A stretch of 64,000 bases of DNA from Candidatus Woesearchaeota archaeon (GTDB taxonomy: Archaea; Nanobdellota; Nanobdellia; Woesearchaeales; JAZDKJ01). The stretch's first letter is position 1. Each line of letters opens with the position of its first letter. The translations under genes were made by a program, and so were the position numbers. Below are positions 10,001 to 18,520 of the stretch, in pieces. The DNA lies in assembly GCA_043803105.1 (NCBI GenBank), contig JAZDKJ010000006.1, positions 224,001 through 288,000 on the forward strand, read 5' to 3'. Under the pieces are notes generated by a model that was not told the DNA's origin, did not search any database, and saw nothing but the letters and a program-made list of their open reading frames with translations.

Positions 10001-12190
10001 GTTTGTCCGTAGATTTGTAAAATAAGGTAGATCATTGACAATTGTAATGTTTAATGTGAAGATTGTGAGGTTATACCCACCATATCCATCAGTGACATTC
10101 ACCCTGATTGTATGGTTTCCCGCGTCTGCCTGCTGTGGTGTGAAATTAATGAGGCCTGCCGTGCTGTTGAATAGGGATATCGAAAAGAAGCTAGCATTTG
10201 TCTGGAATATCAATTGGTCATTGTCAGGGTCAAATCCATTCACATAAAAGGTTAGTCTCTGGTCCTCTGCTATGGTTTTTGGTCCTATTGGATAGATTAA
10301 CGGCGCCCGGTTCACGAATATGGTCAAGTGCACGACCTGTGAATCGCTTTTCTGTATTGTGGTATCATCATCATGTACGCTGATGTTCACAAACCATTCT
10401 CCAACCAGTGATGTGTTTGTGATGTTTAGGTTTGTACTGCTGCTTGCAGGGCTTATCACGTTTGCTGCGTCAATGTTAAAGAAAGTGCAGTTATCAGTGA
10501 AGGTTAGTATATCATCTTCATCAAGGTCTGTCGCACTAAGATTCAGCAGATACGAGCGGTTTATCCTGAGGTAGGTGTGTGGGATTGCCGCCAGGATTGG
10601 TGGGTTGTTGTAGTCTACTATGCTGAACTTTACCAGGGTGTAGTTGATTGCACCCTTTGAATCAGTGACGGTTATCCTTACAGTATGGTTTCCAACGTCT
10701 TGATTGACTGGTGTGAAGCTGATTTGCCCTGTTGCATTGCCGTCTGCATGCCTTACCGTGACTATGTTGAAGAATGTTGCATTGTCTGTGAATGTCAGGT
10801 TATCCCCGTCCTGGTCTGTTGCATTGATTGTAGTAAAGAAAGGGGTACCTTCCATTGCTGACTGGTTGTTTATGTGTTGTATCCATGGTGCTGTGTTGTT
10901 TCTTATTGTGAACTTGACTATCTGCGAGTCCCAGAGCTCTGAGTCATTGACTGAGATGTTCACGAAATGGTCACCTTGTTGCGAATTGCTGGGAGTAAAG
11001 TTGATTAAACCGGATAGTGCGCCAATTGTAAATAACGTGGAGTTGCTGTTAAAGTATAGGTATTCTCCACCATCCACGTCTGTTGCGTTTGCCCAGAATT
11101 CGTACTTCAGGCCTGCAATCAAGGTTTGGTTGGGGATGAACACGAGCTCAGGCGGGTCATTGACACCAGTCACATTAAGCTTTATCGTGTTGCCGAATGC
11201 AGCATTGTGGCTGTCATTTGCCTTGAGCGTGATGTACTCAACACCCCAGAAATTTACCTGCGGCAAGAAGCTCACCTTGGAACTCGTGGCATTGATTGTA
11301 ACCATTATGTATGTATTGCCACTCACTGTGTAAATTACTGTGTCTTTGTTTGCACCGGTGCAATTTATGTCAGGGTCAACGAAATAGCTCTGCAGTGTTA
11401 GATTGTTTGTTAGATTATGGTCCTCCTGCCAGGTGATGTTGGCAAAGCTTCCATTGAGCACTGGAGGCCTGTTTGTGTTGTTTACTGTTATAGTCCAATT
11501 GTGTGTGTCTGCAGTCTCGTTGAGGTCCCTGACCACAAGCGATACATTGTGTTTTCCTGCTGAACAAAAGTCCGCATAATATGTCCAGCTTCCGTTTGAC
11601 ATATTGGAGATTTTTTTTGCCGTATTGTCCAGGTACCATGTTGTGTTAAGCCTGTCTCCCCATGGCATGTCCTTGTCGCTTGTGCTGTAGTTGAACCAGA
11701 ATCCTACGCTGAGGTTCTCTTGTGTGCTCACATTTTTCTGCACTGGATTCCACCAGGTGATGTTTGGCTTGTCGTTCAAGTTCTTTACGTAGAAGTACAG
11801 CAATACGCCTGAGAATTCTGTTGGTTTTCCTGCGTCCAGCGCGTTCACAATTATGGTCCAGTTCAGTTGGCCTGTCAAAGGATCTCCCACGTCATTATTT
11901 GTGGGAGTGAAGTTCATCAGCGCTGCAGTATTGTTCTTGCTTACCAGGCTGAATGAGCTGAATTTTCCAGGAGGCAGGTCGTGGGTAAAGTTTATTGGGT
12001 ACTCCAAGTCTGGGTCTGTTGCTATTATGAAGAACTGGAACCTCTGTCCTTGTGTCAGGTTGAACATGGTGCCGCTTGCAACATTCTGGAATATCGGGTT
12101 TGCTGCATAGACTCCTGTTACGGTTAGGATGAGTGCAACTGCGATCAACACTGTTGACCTTCTCATGTCATCCTCACTTTTATTGTGCAA
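7070..12190 (-). CDS. Giant cadherin/Ig-repeat surface glycoprotein with C-terminal TM anchor
   Basis: Signal peptide; many NxxP, DxDGD, VNDPP repeats; dense N-x-S/T sequons; terminal TM. Confidence 0.85.
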   Translation of the reverse strand: MHNKSEDDMRRSTVLIAVALILTVTGVYAANPIFQNVASGTMFNLTQGQRFQFFIIATDPDLEYPINFTHDLPPGKFSSFSLVSKNNTAALMNFTPTNNDVGDPLTGQLNWTIIVNALDAGKPTEFSGVLLYFYVKNLNDKPNITWWNPVQKNVSTQENLSVGFWFNYSTSDKDMPWGDRLNTTWYLDNTAKKISNMSNGSWTYYADFCSAGKHNVSLVVRDLNETADTHNWTITVNNTNRPPVLNGSFANITWQEDHNLTNNLTLQSYFVDPDINCTGANKDTVIYTVSGNTYIMVTINATSSKVSFLPQVNFWGVEYITLKANDSHNAAFGNTIKLNVTGVNDPPELVFIPNQTLIAGLKYEFWANATDVDGGEYLYFNSNSTLFTIGALSGLINFTPSNSQQGDHFVNISVNDSELWDSQIVKFTIRNNTAPWIQHINNQSAMEGTPFFTTINATDQDGDNLTFTDNATFFNIVTVRHADGNATGQISFTPVNQDVGNHTVRITVTDSKGAINYTLVKFSIVDYNNPPILAAIPHTYLRINRSYLLNLSATDLDEDDILTFTDNCTFFNIDAANVISPASSSTNLNITNTSLVGEWFVNISVHDDDTTIQKSDSQVVHLTIFVNRAPLIYPIGPKTIAEDQRLTFYVNGFDPDNDQLIFQTNASFFSISLFNSTAGLINFTPQQADAGNHTIRVNVTDGYGGYNLTIFTLNITIVNDLPYFTNLRTNYTLLEDQTASIYIGGYDEEMANLTMWSNNTLFNLTKVNTTSYHIGLTPIQKDVGNHTVNISLSDGFNNVSRLVVFRIVNVNDPPVILGYKPNQTNVSVFEGSSLLFNITQVYDEEGQPVTFKYYLMNTIKAYERNWTYWPGYCEAGRYNVTVWATDSQNATTVLTWNVTVINVNRGPFLNISFPNITWEEDHDLIDNFTLTDYFYDPDFHLCSGSQKDNLSYKVYDDVYVNVNIEDDSKISLYPSANWHGVEVFYFSLNDTHNVTYSNNITVTVTSVNDAPIMRNIPNKVYKVGDRAVIYVNGSDVDGDRLFFYTNSTMFNITNISLQMGLINYTITSGMVGNHTVNISLNDGSLWTGGKVIFRINGTNYAPNITMIYPYGWPISSYTVFAFANRNLFPQGTRINITENRTILFNQSSIEPDGDPKYYKWILGGVLQGTASSWNYNIGWFDSGTRNVTVEVRDQLGNKASFYWNVTVKNLDRPSYFGRKTIGLTGGTNYRTNNTAQNITLSRQNSTSYYTKGSYISSAVDSQTGVYTSVARPNLTIVSWMESKPAGTNITIRTRTSADGINWSAWGKPSTNSEHTLINFSHEFEQNASPATWNTRFVQFMINMSTSNIGVTPVIESLQMNYSIANFIVVEDHSVQNWIDLDDYFKDPDNDSLTFNYTSIQNADYLGLSINNQKYVNLNPEAGFTGDASLVFWTTDSRNRTAWSNTVVVSVKKAPEEYLPQASSSGGGATQYISVPRKELVNVTRPISLELVLTKPLKFNSPTEIIAPIELRNSGNVTLKQIHLMAQTSEGNVTLTFKEMRFNQLRPGEKTETELNITTSKPKQKPYQINLSAISEDPYFRDNAVISINPLPFLESMNDSVRFVRDLLSSNPECLELNELLAEARADIESGLITEAQQLLKNAIDACRYLITSQMRTIEQPMEQGTLATLISFAKQNVMQLSIVLASTLAMIGYAVFVITKNRGSNP

Positions 12191-12510
12191 TTGTTTTGCT
12201 TATTGTCCACAGTATATTGCACCTCAACAGTGTTCTGCCCAACTTGTACATCTTGCCATGTGCATCTTATTCCTTCTTGTATTGCTGAGCAAATGTTTGT
12301 GTCTGCTTTGGTTGGATAGCCTTCAATCGTTGCCACTATGTTCTGCCCTTTGCTTAAAATGATTTCATCATTGCACCTGATGTGGTGGATTTCTTCTTGC
12401 GACATTACCAAGTAGCTGGTTAATGACTGAGTGTCGAGCATCAGGCTTATAGCTGCTAATATGGTGGTTATTAGCACCAGGAGCCCCATTTGCTGTTTCC
12501 ACTGCCTCAT
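12163..12510 (-). CDS. Small membrane-anchored or secreted protein
   Basis: N-terminal hydrophobic helix, 4 Cys, overlaps both neighbours. Confidence 0.65.
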   Translation of the reverse strand: MRQWKQQMGLLVLITTILAAISLMLDTQSLTSYLVMSQEEIHHIRCNDEIILSKGQNIVATIEGYPTKADTNICSAIQEGIRCTWQDVQVGQNTVEVQYTVDNKQNNCTIKVRMT

Positions 12511-14678
12511 TTCTTCTCCTTTGTTGATTTATGTAGTTCGTCGTACAGCCTTCGTACTGCTGCAAAGTATTGTCTCTGGTCTTGCTCGCTCAAGACCTTG
12601 TAAAGTTTCATCACTTGCTTGTACCCTCGAACCGCTGCCTGTTGGTCATTCTTGTGCATTGCCTCAAATACATTGTATATCAACTCAAACATCTGCCTGG
12701 ATTTTCCTTCTATTTTCCATGAGGTTTTGTTTTGTATAATACGCATGTCTGTGCTCTGCTTGATTATTCTGCGAAGTTCTTCTATCAAGTTTGCTAGCTC
12801 CTCGCTTGACACTACATAATTGCTGTACTCTATCTCTTTGATTCTTCGCAGCAATGATTCCGCTATTCCTTGCAACTTTGGATCAACCCTCCTTTTCCTA
12901 AGTTCTACAGCTATCTCCTCGTAGGTAAATTCATAATCCAGTCTAAGCATTGCCTTGAAGAATTGCTTGGTTGCGCTGCCAAGCTCCTTGATGCCTTCCT
13001 TTGGATGTCTTACATCAATCGAGTCCAGTTGTGCCAAGACCTCCTCATAAGTTGTCGTCTCTGTTCTGAAGGTCAATTTCATCAGCTGTGCAAGGTTCTG
13101 GCTCGTTCTGTGTTTTTCTAGTACCTTGGTTACATATGGTTTGCTAATCATGATACCAACTAGGATTGCCATTGTAAGGAGGCTAATCAAAATAATTGAC
13201 CATCCTGTGAAAGCCTCCTGCAAAGTCTCTATTGATATCGGCTGCTCTGTAGCTATTACCGCCTCTCCCGCCCCGCCAGGTTGCGCTAGGCATGGTTCGC
13301 AAGGTCCTCCGCAATCTATGCCTGCCTCTTCCTGGTTCTTTACCCTGTCATAGCATGTGGCGCATGGCTGGCATGGTCCGCCGCAATCAACACCCTCCTC
13401 ATTCCGGTTCCACACTCCGTCAATGCATTGGGGTATGCCCTTGCATGGCTGGCTTATGCTCGGCCTCTTCTTTATGGTGTTGCAATTGTTTAGGTCTATG
13501 CAGTTCCTGTACATTGTGCCGTTTTCAAGGCAGCCATCCCACCTCTGGCAGAACCACTCTTCAACGCACTTAATGCTTCCACCACCTCCGCCTCCGCCTC
13601 CGCCTGCAGCTGCCGGTACTATAGGTGGTGGTGTAGTGACGCGGAGTGAAACATTGTTGCTTCTGTTGCTTGCACCCCAATTGTCTGTTACAGTGAAGTA
13701 CACCAATTCATTGCCAATCCATCCTTGCGGCTGTGAGAAAACCACAAAATTGTTGCTCGTTGGGTAAATGTCTGCTTTTATTACGTGCAGCGGATTGAGA
13801 TATACAACATTGAAGTATAGGTGGTCGTCCCTGTCAGGGTCAAACACAAAATCATTCAGGTAGAATGCCGCCCTTATCTGATTTACAAACCAGGTCTGTG
13901 GCTCTAGGTTCCTGATAAACCTTGGTGGCCTGTTGACATTGGTTATGTTCACTGTCCAGTTTAGCATTCTCGTGTTGTTGAATTGGTCTGACAGCATGAT
14001 TGACACATTGAAAATGCCTACCGAAGTGAAGTTGGTGTTAAGTGCATACCTGCTGCTTCCAGTTGCATTGGCTGTGCTGTTTCTTGTCTGCCCGTTGACT
14101 CTCCATTGTAGGCTGACTGTCTCATTTAGGGTTTCAAAGAATGAGACCTTGAACCGCAAGGTCTTGTTCTCGCTTATGTTGACTTTCGGGAATTTGCTGT
14201 ATACTGATTGATTTGGGTAATAACCTGTTATGTTTGGTGGTAGGTTTTTTATTATCGTGATGTTCAGGCTTTTGGTTGTTAGCCTGTTTGAGCAAATTGA
14301 ACTGTCATCTGCTGTTATGTTGACCGTTTGCCTTCCTGTATTGGCATTGCTGGCTGTAAAGTAGATTACTCCGGTAATTGGGTCTATGTCAAACATGGTA
14401 CTGTCATCAAAATAGGTGATTGTGTCGTTGTGCGGGTCAGTTGCATTGGCTCTGCAAAAATAATAGTAGAAAGCTGTGAAGTTCTTTGGGCAATTGATAT
14501 TGAGTTGCGGCGGTACATTGATGCACAGGTTCAACAGTGCTTCTGAAAAGTCGCTTGCTTTGCCTGTTAGCCGTGTTGGTGCACTGGCTTCTTGGTAGAT
14601 TCTCACGTTTATGTAAAAGCCTATGATTACGAAAACAACCGCCACTGCGGCTATTGTGTTGTTTGAGATCCTAATCAT
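12507..14678 (-). CDS. Surface protein: Ig/cadherin repeats, poly-Gly linker, Cys-rich DCGGPC repeats, TM helix, cytoplasmic helical tail
   Basis: Domain motifs visible in the translation. Confidence 0.85.
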   Translation of the reverse strand: MIRISNNTIAAVAVVFVIIGFYINVRIYQEASAPTRLTGKASDFSEALLNLCINVPPQLNINCPKNFTAFYYYFCRANATDPHNDTITYFDDSTMFDIDPITGVIYFTASNANTGRQTVNITADDSSICSNRLTTKSLNITIIKNLPPNITGYYPNQSVYSKFPKVNISENKTLRFKVSFFETLNETVSLQWRVNGQTRNSTANATGSSRYALNTNFTSVGIFNVSIMLSDQFNNTRMLNWTVNITNVNRPPRFIRNLEPQTWFVNQIRAAFYLNDFVFDPDRDDHLYFNVVYLNPLHVIKADIYPTSNNFVVFSQPQGWIGNELVYFTVTDNWGASNRSNNVSLRVTTPPPIVPAAAGGGGGGGGGSIKCVEEWFCQRWDGCLENGTMYRNCIDLNNCNTIKKRPSISQPCKGIPQCIDGVWNRNEEGVDCGGPCQPCATCYDRVKNQEEAGIDCGGPCEPCLAQPGGAGEAVIATEQPISIETLQEAFTGWSIILISLLTMAILVGIMISKPYVTKVLEKHRTSQNLAQLMKLTFRTETTTYEEVLAQLDSIDVRHPKEGIKELGSATKQFFKAMLRLDYEFTYEEIAVELRKRRVDPKLQGIAESLLRRIKEIEYSNYVVSSEELANLIEELRRIIKQSTDMRIIQNKTSWKIEGKSRQMFELIYNVFEAMHKNDQQAAVRGYKQVMKLYKVLSEQDQRQYFAAVRRLYDELHKSTKEKK

Positions 14679-14826
14679 TGTCCTTCTTTTCTTTGTACTT
14701 GAGCAACATGTGCCTGATTCCCTCTCGTGTTATCTCTGCTTGGTTGCTGAACAGTCCCTTATCTATCAGCTCCTGCATCTGCCTCTTCATTTCTTTTCCG
14801 ACACGTATATGGATTAGCGTTGCCAT
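14671..14826 (-). CDS. Ribbon-helix-helix (CopG/Arc-like) regulator
   Basis: IHIRVGKEMKRQMQELIDKGLFSNQAEITREGIR; ATG at 14826; AT-rich upstream region. Confidence 0.8.
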   Translation of the reverse strand: MATLIHIRVGKEMKRQMQELIDKGLFSNQAEITREGIRHMLLKYKEKKDND

Positions 14827-14994
14827 TTTGCTATTTATAAGTATCAGAAATATAACTAATTGATATATATAAATATTTGTATATAAGTAGATAGAATAAA
14901 ACAGATATATCGAAATGATACACTTAAGATACACTTTATTATAGGGCAGTCAAAATAATCTACAAAAGGCTTAAAAACCTAGAAACCGCAATCT

Positions 14995-15411
14995 CTACCA
15001 GGCTCTTGTTATGACTATTCTCAGCTTGCCGTAATATGTGCCGTTCACAGTGTTTTCAGGCACAATTCCTGATGATTGCACCTGTTCTTGCGTGCCCTTG
15101 TCCAGTCTAAAGCTTGTATTGGAGAACCTGACAAACCTTGCCACATCTCCAGAGATTTGGACGGTAACTTGAACCGGCATGTTATAGATGTTTCTAACAG
15201 TGAAAGCCCGATGTCCTGTTCCGCCCGGAGGTACTGCTCCGTAGGTAAGGTTGATAGGGTTTACATCAATGCCCACAAAGTCTGCCACCACGAGCTTCAC
15301 ATGGGTTTCCTTTACATCAACTACATAATAGAATGAGTATAAGATTGATGTTGCAGTTATGGAAATCAGCAGCGCCACAAAAAGCAGAATCAGCGTTTGC
15401 TTAAGGTTCAT
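14995..15411 (-). CDS. Single Ig-like domain surface protein (minor pilin-like)
   Basis: N-terminal TM; LTYGAVPPGG and VPENTVNGTYYGKLRI motifs. Confidence 0.7.
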   Translation of the reverse strand: MNLKQTLILLFVALLISITATSILYSFYYVVDVKETHVKLVVADFVGIDVNPINLTYGAVPPGGTGHRAFTVRNIYNMPVQVTVQISGDVARFVRFSNTSFRLDKGTQEQVQSSGIVPENTVNGTYYGKLRIVITRAW

Positions 15412-16531
15412 TTTTCCTCCTGCCTCTCATCAGGAGCAGCATAAGCCCTGCCACAATTATCAAGAGAGCAATCAATCCTAAACCCCCAAATACTATCATT
15501 GGTTGTTCAGTCAGTTTCTTCTTGGCAGGAGTGGTAATCTCAACAATTCCTTGGTAACTGTTTGTGCCACCGTCATACTTCAAAATGATGGTTGACTGGT
15601 ACATACCGGGCTTCATGTTTTTTGTGTCAAAATATGTCTTCATGGTTTTTGTTTCCCATGGTTCAAGGTCGGTTGATGGTGTTTGGAATGTTGTGTTGCC
15701 AACGCTCACAATAGCATATTGATTTGTTATCCTCGAATTCCACAGGCTTTGCACTATTACCTCAAATGGGCTGATGGTTTCAAATCCTGCTGTCCTTGTG
15801 TAGTTTATCAAACCTACTGAGAGGGATCCTATCTTGAATTGCCTGCTCATATAAGAGGTATTTGTCCTGTAATGGAATGCTGCCTTTGCCAGGTACTCGC
15901 CTCCCTTGTAGCCTTTGCTTGCCCATTTCACAGCATACGATTGTCTTTCCACTCTTGAAGCCAGTGGTTTTGTATCAGTTTTTAGTTCTGCAATTGTCTG
16001 GCCTGCCATATCTACAATCTGAACATCACCCCAAGACGCAGTAATATTTTCATAACCATAGTTTGATGCATATATCGTCACTGGCAGAGTCTCATTCTCG
16101 TTGATGTTCGGGACTGCAAAATCTGTCAAGACAAAAACCCCCGGAAAAGGGACAACTATGACAATGAATGCCACTACAGTGGTTGCGGTACCTATCATGT
16201 CACCGCCTTGCGGAACCTCAGCAGCGCTGACTTCGATTATGTTCTTGCCAGGTGTTTTTATGAACTCAGGCAGTTTGAGATGTATCGTTACAGCCTGTCC
16301 CTTGAGGTTTTGCGCCGAGAATTCTTCTGTTTTCAATAAGCTTGCGTATTGTGCCAGCCCTCCACCCAAGTTGACTCTGATTTGTGCAGCATCCCCTACC
16401 AGGAAGGTCACATCCTGTTCCAGGTTGGGTTGGAAATCAATATAGGTTTTTGCTGGAGAAATGAACGTTCCTTGTACTGCTTGCACTGAAATAAAGATAA
16501 AAAATAAGAAAAAAAGGTTATGCCTCCTCAT
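15401..16531 (-). CDS. Secreted multi-Ig protein with C-terminal TM (chaperone/DUF916-like architecture)
   Basis: Signal peptide, ISPAKTYIDF start, about three beta domains, TM plus basic tail. Confidence 0.7.
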   Translation of the reverse strand: MRRHNLFFLFFIFISVQAVQGTFISPAKTYIDFQPNLEQDVTFLVGDAAQIRVNLGGGLAQYASLLKTEEFSAQNLKGQAVTIHLKLPEFIKTPGKNIIEVSAAEVPQGGDMIGTATTVVAFIVIVVPFPGVFVLTDFAVPNINENETLPVTIYASNYGYENITASWGDVQIVDMAGQTIAELKTDTKPLASRVERQSYAVKWASKGYKGGEYLAKAAFHYRTNTSYMSRQFKIGSLSVGLINYTRTAGFETISPFEVIVQSLWNSRITNQYAIVSVGNTTFQTPSTDLEPWETKTMKTYFDTKNMKPGMYQSTIILKYDGGTNSYQGIVEITTPAKKKLTEQPMIVFGGLGLIALLIIVAGLMLLLMRGRRKNEP

Positions 16532-16540
16532 AATGCTTCC

Positions 16541-17197
16541 TTAAATTTTTGGTTTACCTGTCGCTATAACTGTATTGCGTTTTAATCCTAGGGGGGCTGT
16601 GCCGTCAAAACTGACTTGAACATGCAGGCTAATTGTGTTTGCCGAGACACCATAGTAGAATCTGTCGCAGGTTATATTGCTCCATCCCTCATGCGTAACC
16701 TCAACCCAGTCATTCACGAATTTTGACATATTGGTTGACAAGACGCACCCTGCTGTGGCTGTCGAACCTGTCCTTGTGCCGTTAAGCATCTTAAAAAACA
16801 AATGGGCATTTGTCCCTCCAACAAATGCTGAGCTGTTCTTGAAAGTGATGTTTAGTGAGCAGTTGTTGTTTCCGATATTCCTTAACTCCAATGCCTCAGT
16901 ACAAGCCTGAAAGGTTGTAGAGCATCCACTTGTATTGATATATCCGCTCGTGTTCAGTTTGCAGGTCCTCGTTGCGTATCCGGTTCCCCAGTTGCACCTT
17001 GCCTGGCTAAAGTTAATCCAGTTTACGTCGCTTATTGTAAGACTAATGTTGCCTACTGTTTTGTTGGCTGAAGCGAATCCTGCTGCCCCCGGTTTAATCC
17101 CTGATAGTTTGTTCAGGCTTATAAGTGACCCTCCTATTGATACCACTATAGCTGATATAAGAAGTATTGTTAGTGTCTTGTTGGATATTTCTTGCAT
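16541..17197 (-). CDS. Pilin-like surface subunit A3
   Basis: ISNKTL leader, TM, GFA motif, 6 conserved Cys; paralog of 17503 and 18521. Confidence 0.8.
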   Translation of the reverse strand: MQEISNKTLTILLISAIVVSIGGSLISLNKLSGIKPGAAGFASANKTVGNISLTISDVNWINFSQARCNWGTGYATRTCKLNTSGYINTSGCSTTFQACTEALELRNIGNNNCSLNITFKNSSAFVGGTNAHLFFKMLNGTRTGSTATAGCVLSTNMSKFVNDWVEVTHEGWSNITCDRFYYGVSANTISLHVQVSFDGTAPLGLKRNTVIATGKPKI

Positions 17198-17208
17198 TTT
17201 TTTCCTCC

Positions 17209-17442
17209 TTATGGCTTTCGTATCTCTAGGTTGATTTCTGCTTGTGTTGTTGGTTGCGGTTGTATGTTCAGTTGTATTTCTGCGTTTGCCGTCGGTATAT
17301 CTGTTGGTTGTTTGTTTGTTGTTTGTTGGCCTGGTGCTTTCGGTATATTAACACTAGTTATAAAAGCCCACGTGCTTATTACAGAGCTCATAATGACTAG
17401 CACCAACAGAATTAGTACAGTGTTTTTTGATATGTCTGTCAT
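17209..17442 (-). CDS. Short membrane-anchored protein B2
   Basis: MTDISKNT, TM, STWAF, P/Q/T linker, two AEI.L.I strands. Confidence 0.75.
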   Translation of the reverse strand: MTDISKNTVLILLVLVIMSSVISTWAFITSVNIPKAPGQQTTNKQPTDIPTANAEIQLNIQPQPTTQAEINLEIRKP

Positions 17443-17502
17443 CCTCTTTGAACCTCCTTGAGTGCGATTCTTCCTGCCGAATAGTCGCATTAGTTGCTTG
17501 TC

Positions 17503-18159
17503 TTACACCTTTGGTTTTCCTGTTGCTATTATAGTATTGGTTCTCACTCCTGTCCTTGCCGCTGCGTCAAATTCTACTTGGACTTGGAGGGTTATTGTGT
17601 TTTGGTTTACTCCGAAGTAGAATTTGTCGCATGTGATGTTGCTGTATGCTTCTTTTGTTACTTTTACCCAGTCTGCTGATACGAATCTTGAGAAGTTTGT
17701 TGAAAGGGTGCATCCAGGTCTTATGTTTGTTGCTCCGGTCCCGTTTTGCAGTTTATAAAATAGTTTAGTGTTTGCTCCTCCTATAAATTCTGAATTGTTT
17801 TTGAATGTGATGTTTAGTGAGCAGTTGTTGTTTCCGATGTTCTTAATCTGCAGCGGTAAGCAGTTTACTGTGCTGAAGCCTGGCGAGCATCCGCTTGCGT
17901 TTATGTATGGGCTTGTGTTCAGTTTGCACATTGTTGTTGCGTAGCCTGATCCCCAGTTGCACCGTGCTTGTGAGAAGTTTATCCAGTTAATGTCGCTTAT
18001 CGTGAGTGTCACATTGCCCCTTGTTATATTTGCCGTGGCAAAGCCCGCAATGTTTTGCACTGCCGCAAGCCTGTTTAGGCTAATAAGCGATCCTCCTAAG
18101 GTAATTATGATAGCGGCAATTAGCAATATAGCCAATGTTCTGTTAGATATTTCTTCCAT
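17503..18159 (-). CDS. Pilin-like surface subunit A2
   Basis: Paralog of A1 and A3; SD-like GGAGG upstream. Confidence 0.8.
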   Translation of the reverse strand: MEEISNRTLAILLIAAIIITLGGSLISLNRLAAVQNIAGFATANITRGNVTLTISDINWINFSQARCNWGSGYATTMCKLNTSPYINASGCSPGFSTVNCLPLQIKNIGNNNCSLNITFKNNSEFIGGANTKLFYKLQNGTGATNIRPGCTLSTNFSRFVSADWVKVTKEAYSNITCDKFYFGVNQNTITLQVQVEFDAAARTGVRTNTIIATGKPKV

Positions 18160-18173
18160 TGTGTTTTCCTCCT

Positions 18174-18416
18174 TTATGGTTTTTTTATTTCTAGGTTGAT
18201 TTCCGCCTGTGTCGTTGGTGGCGGTTGTACAGGTTGTATAAACAGTTCTATCTGACCGTCTACTGCTGGCGGCATGTTTATCTGTTGTTTGATTGGTGTT
18301 TGCGCCTGTCTTTGCAGAGTGTTCACATTGGTGATGAACGCCCAGGTACCAATAACAGAGGTCAGGATAATCATTACTAATAGAACCAATATGATATTCT
18401 TGGACACGTCCGTCAT
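18174..18416 (-). CDS. Short membrane-anchored protein B1
   Basis: MTDVSKN, TM, GTWAF; paralog of 17209..17442. Confidence 0.75.
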   Translation of the reverse strand: MTDVSKNIILVLLVMIILTSVIGTWAFITNVNTLQRQAQTPIKQQINMPPAVDGQIELFIQPVQPPPTTQAEINLEIKKP

Positions 18417-18520
18417 TAGATCCTTTTTTAAACTATGTTTGTTGAATCCTAAATATGGTTTTTGATACTGCACATATTTAAGCTTTTCTGTGACCTGAAA
18501 CACAGGTTGCCTGACTTTGT

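Noticed and set aside
13579-13612. CCGCCT microsatellite
   Set aside because: Encodes the poly-Gly linker of the 723-aa protein
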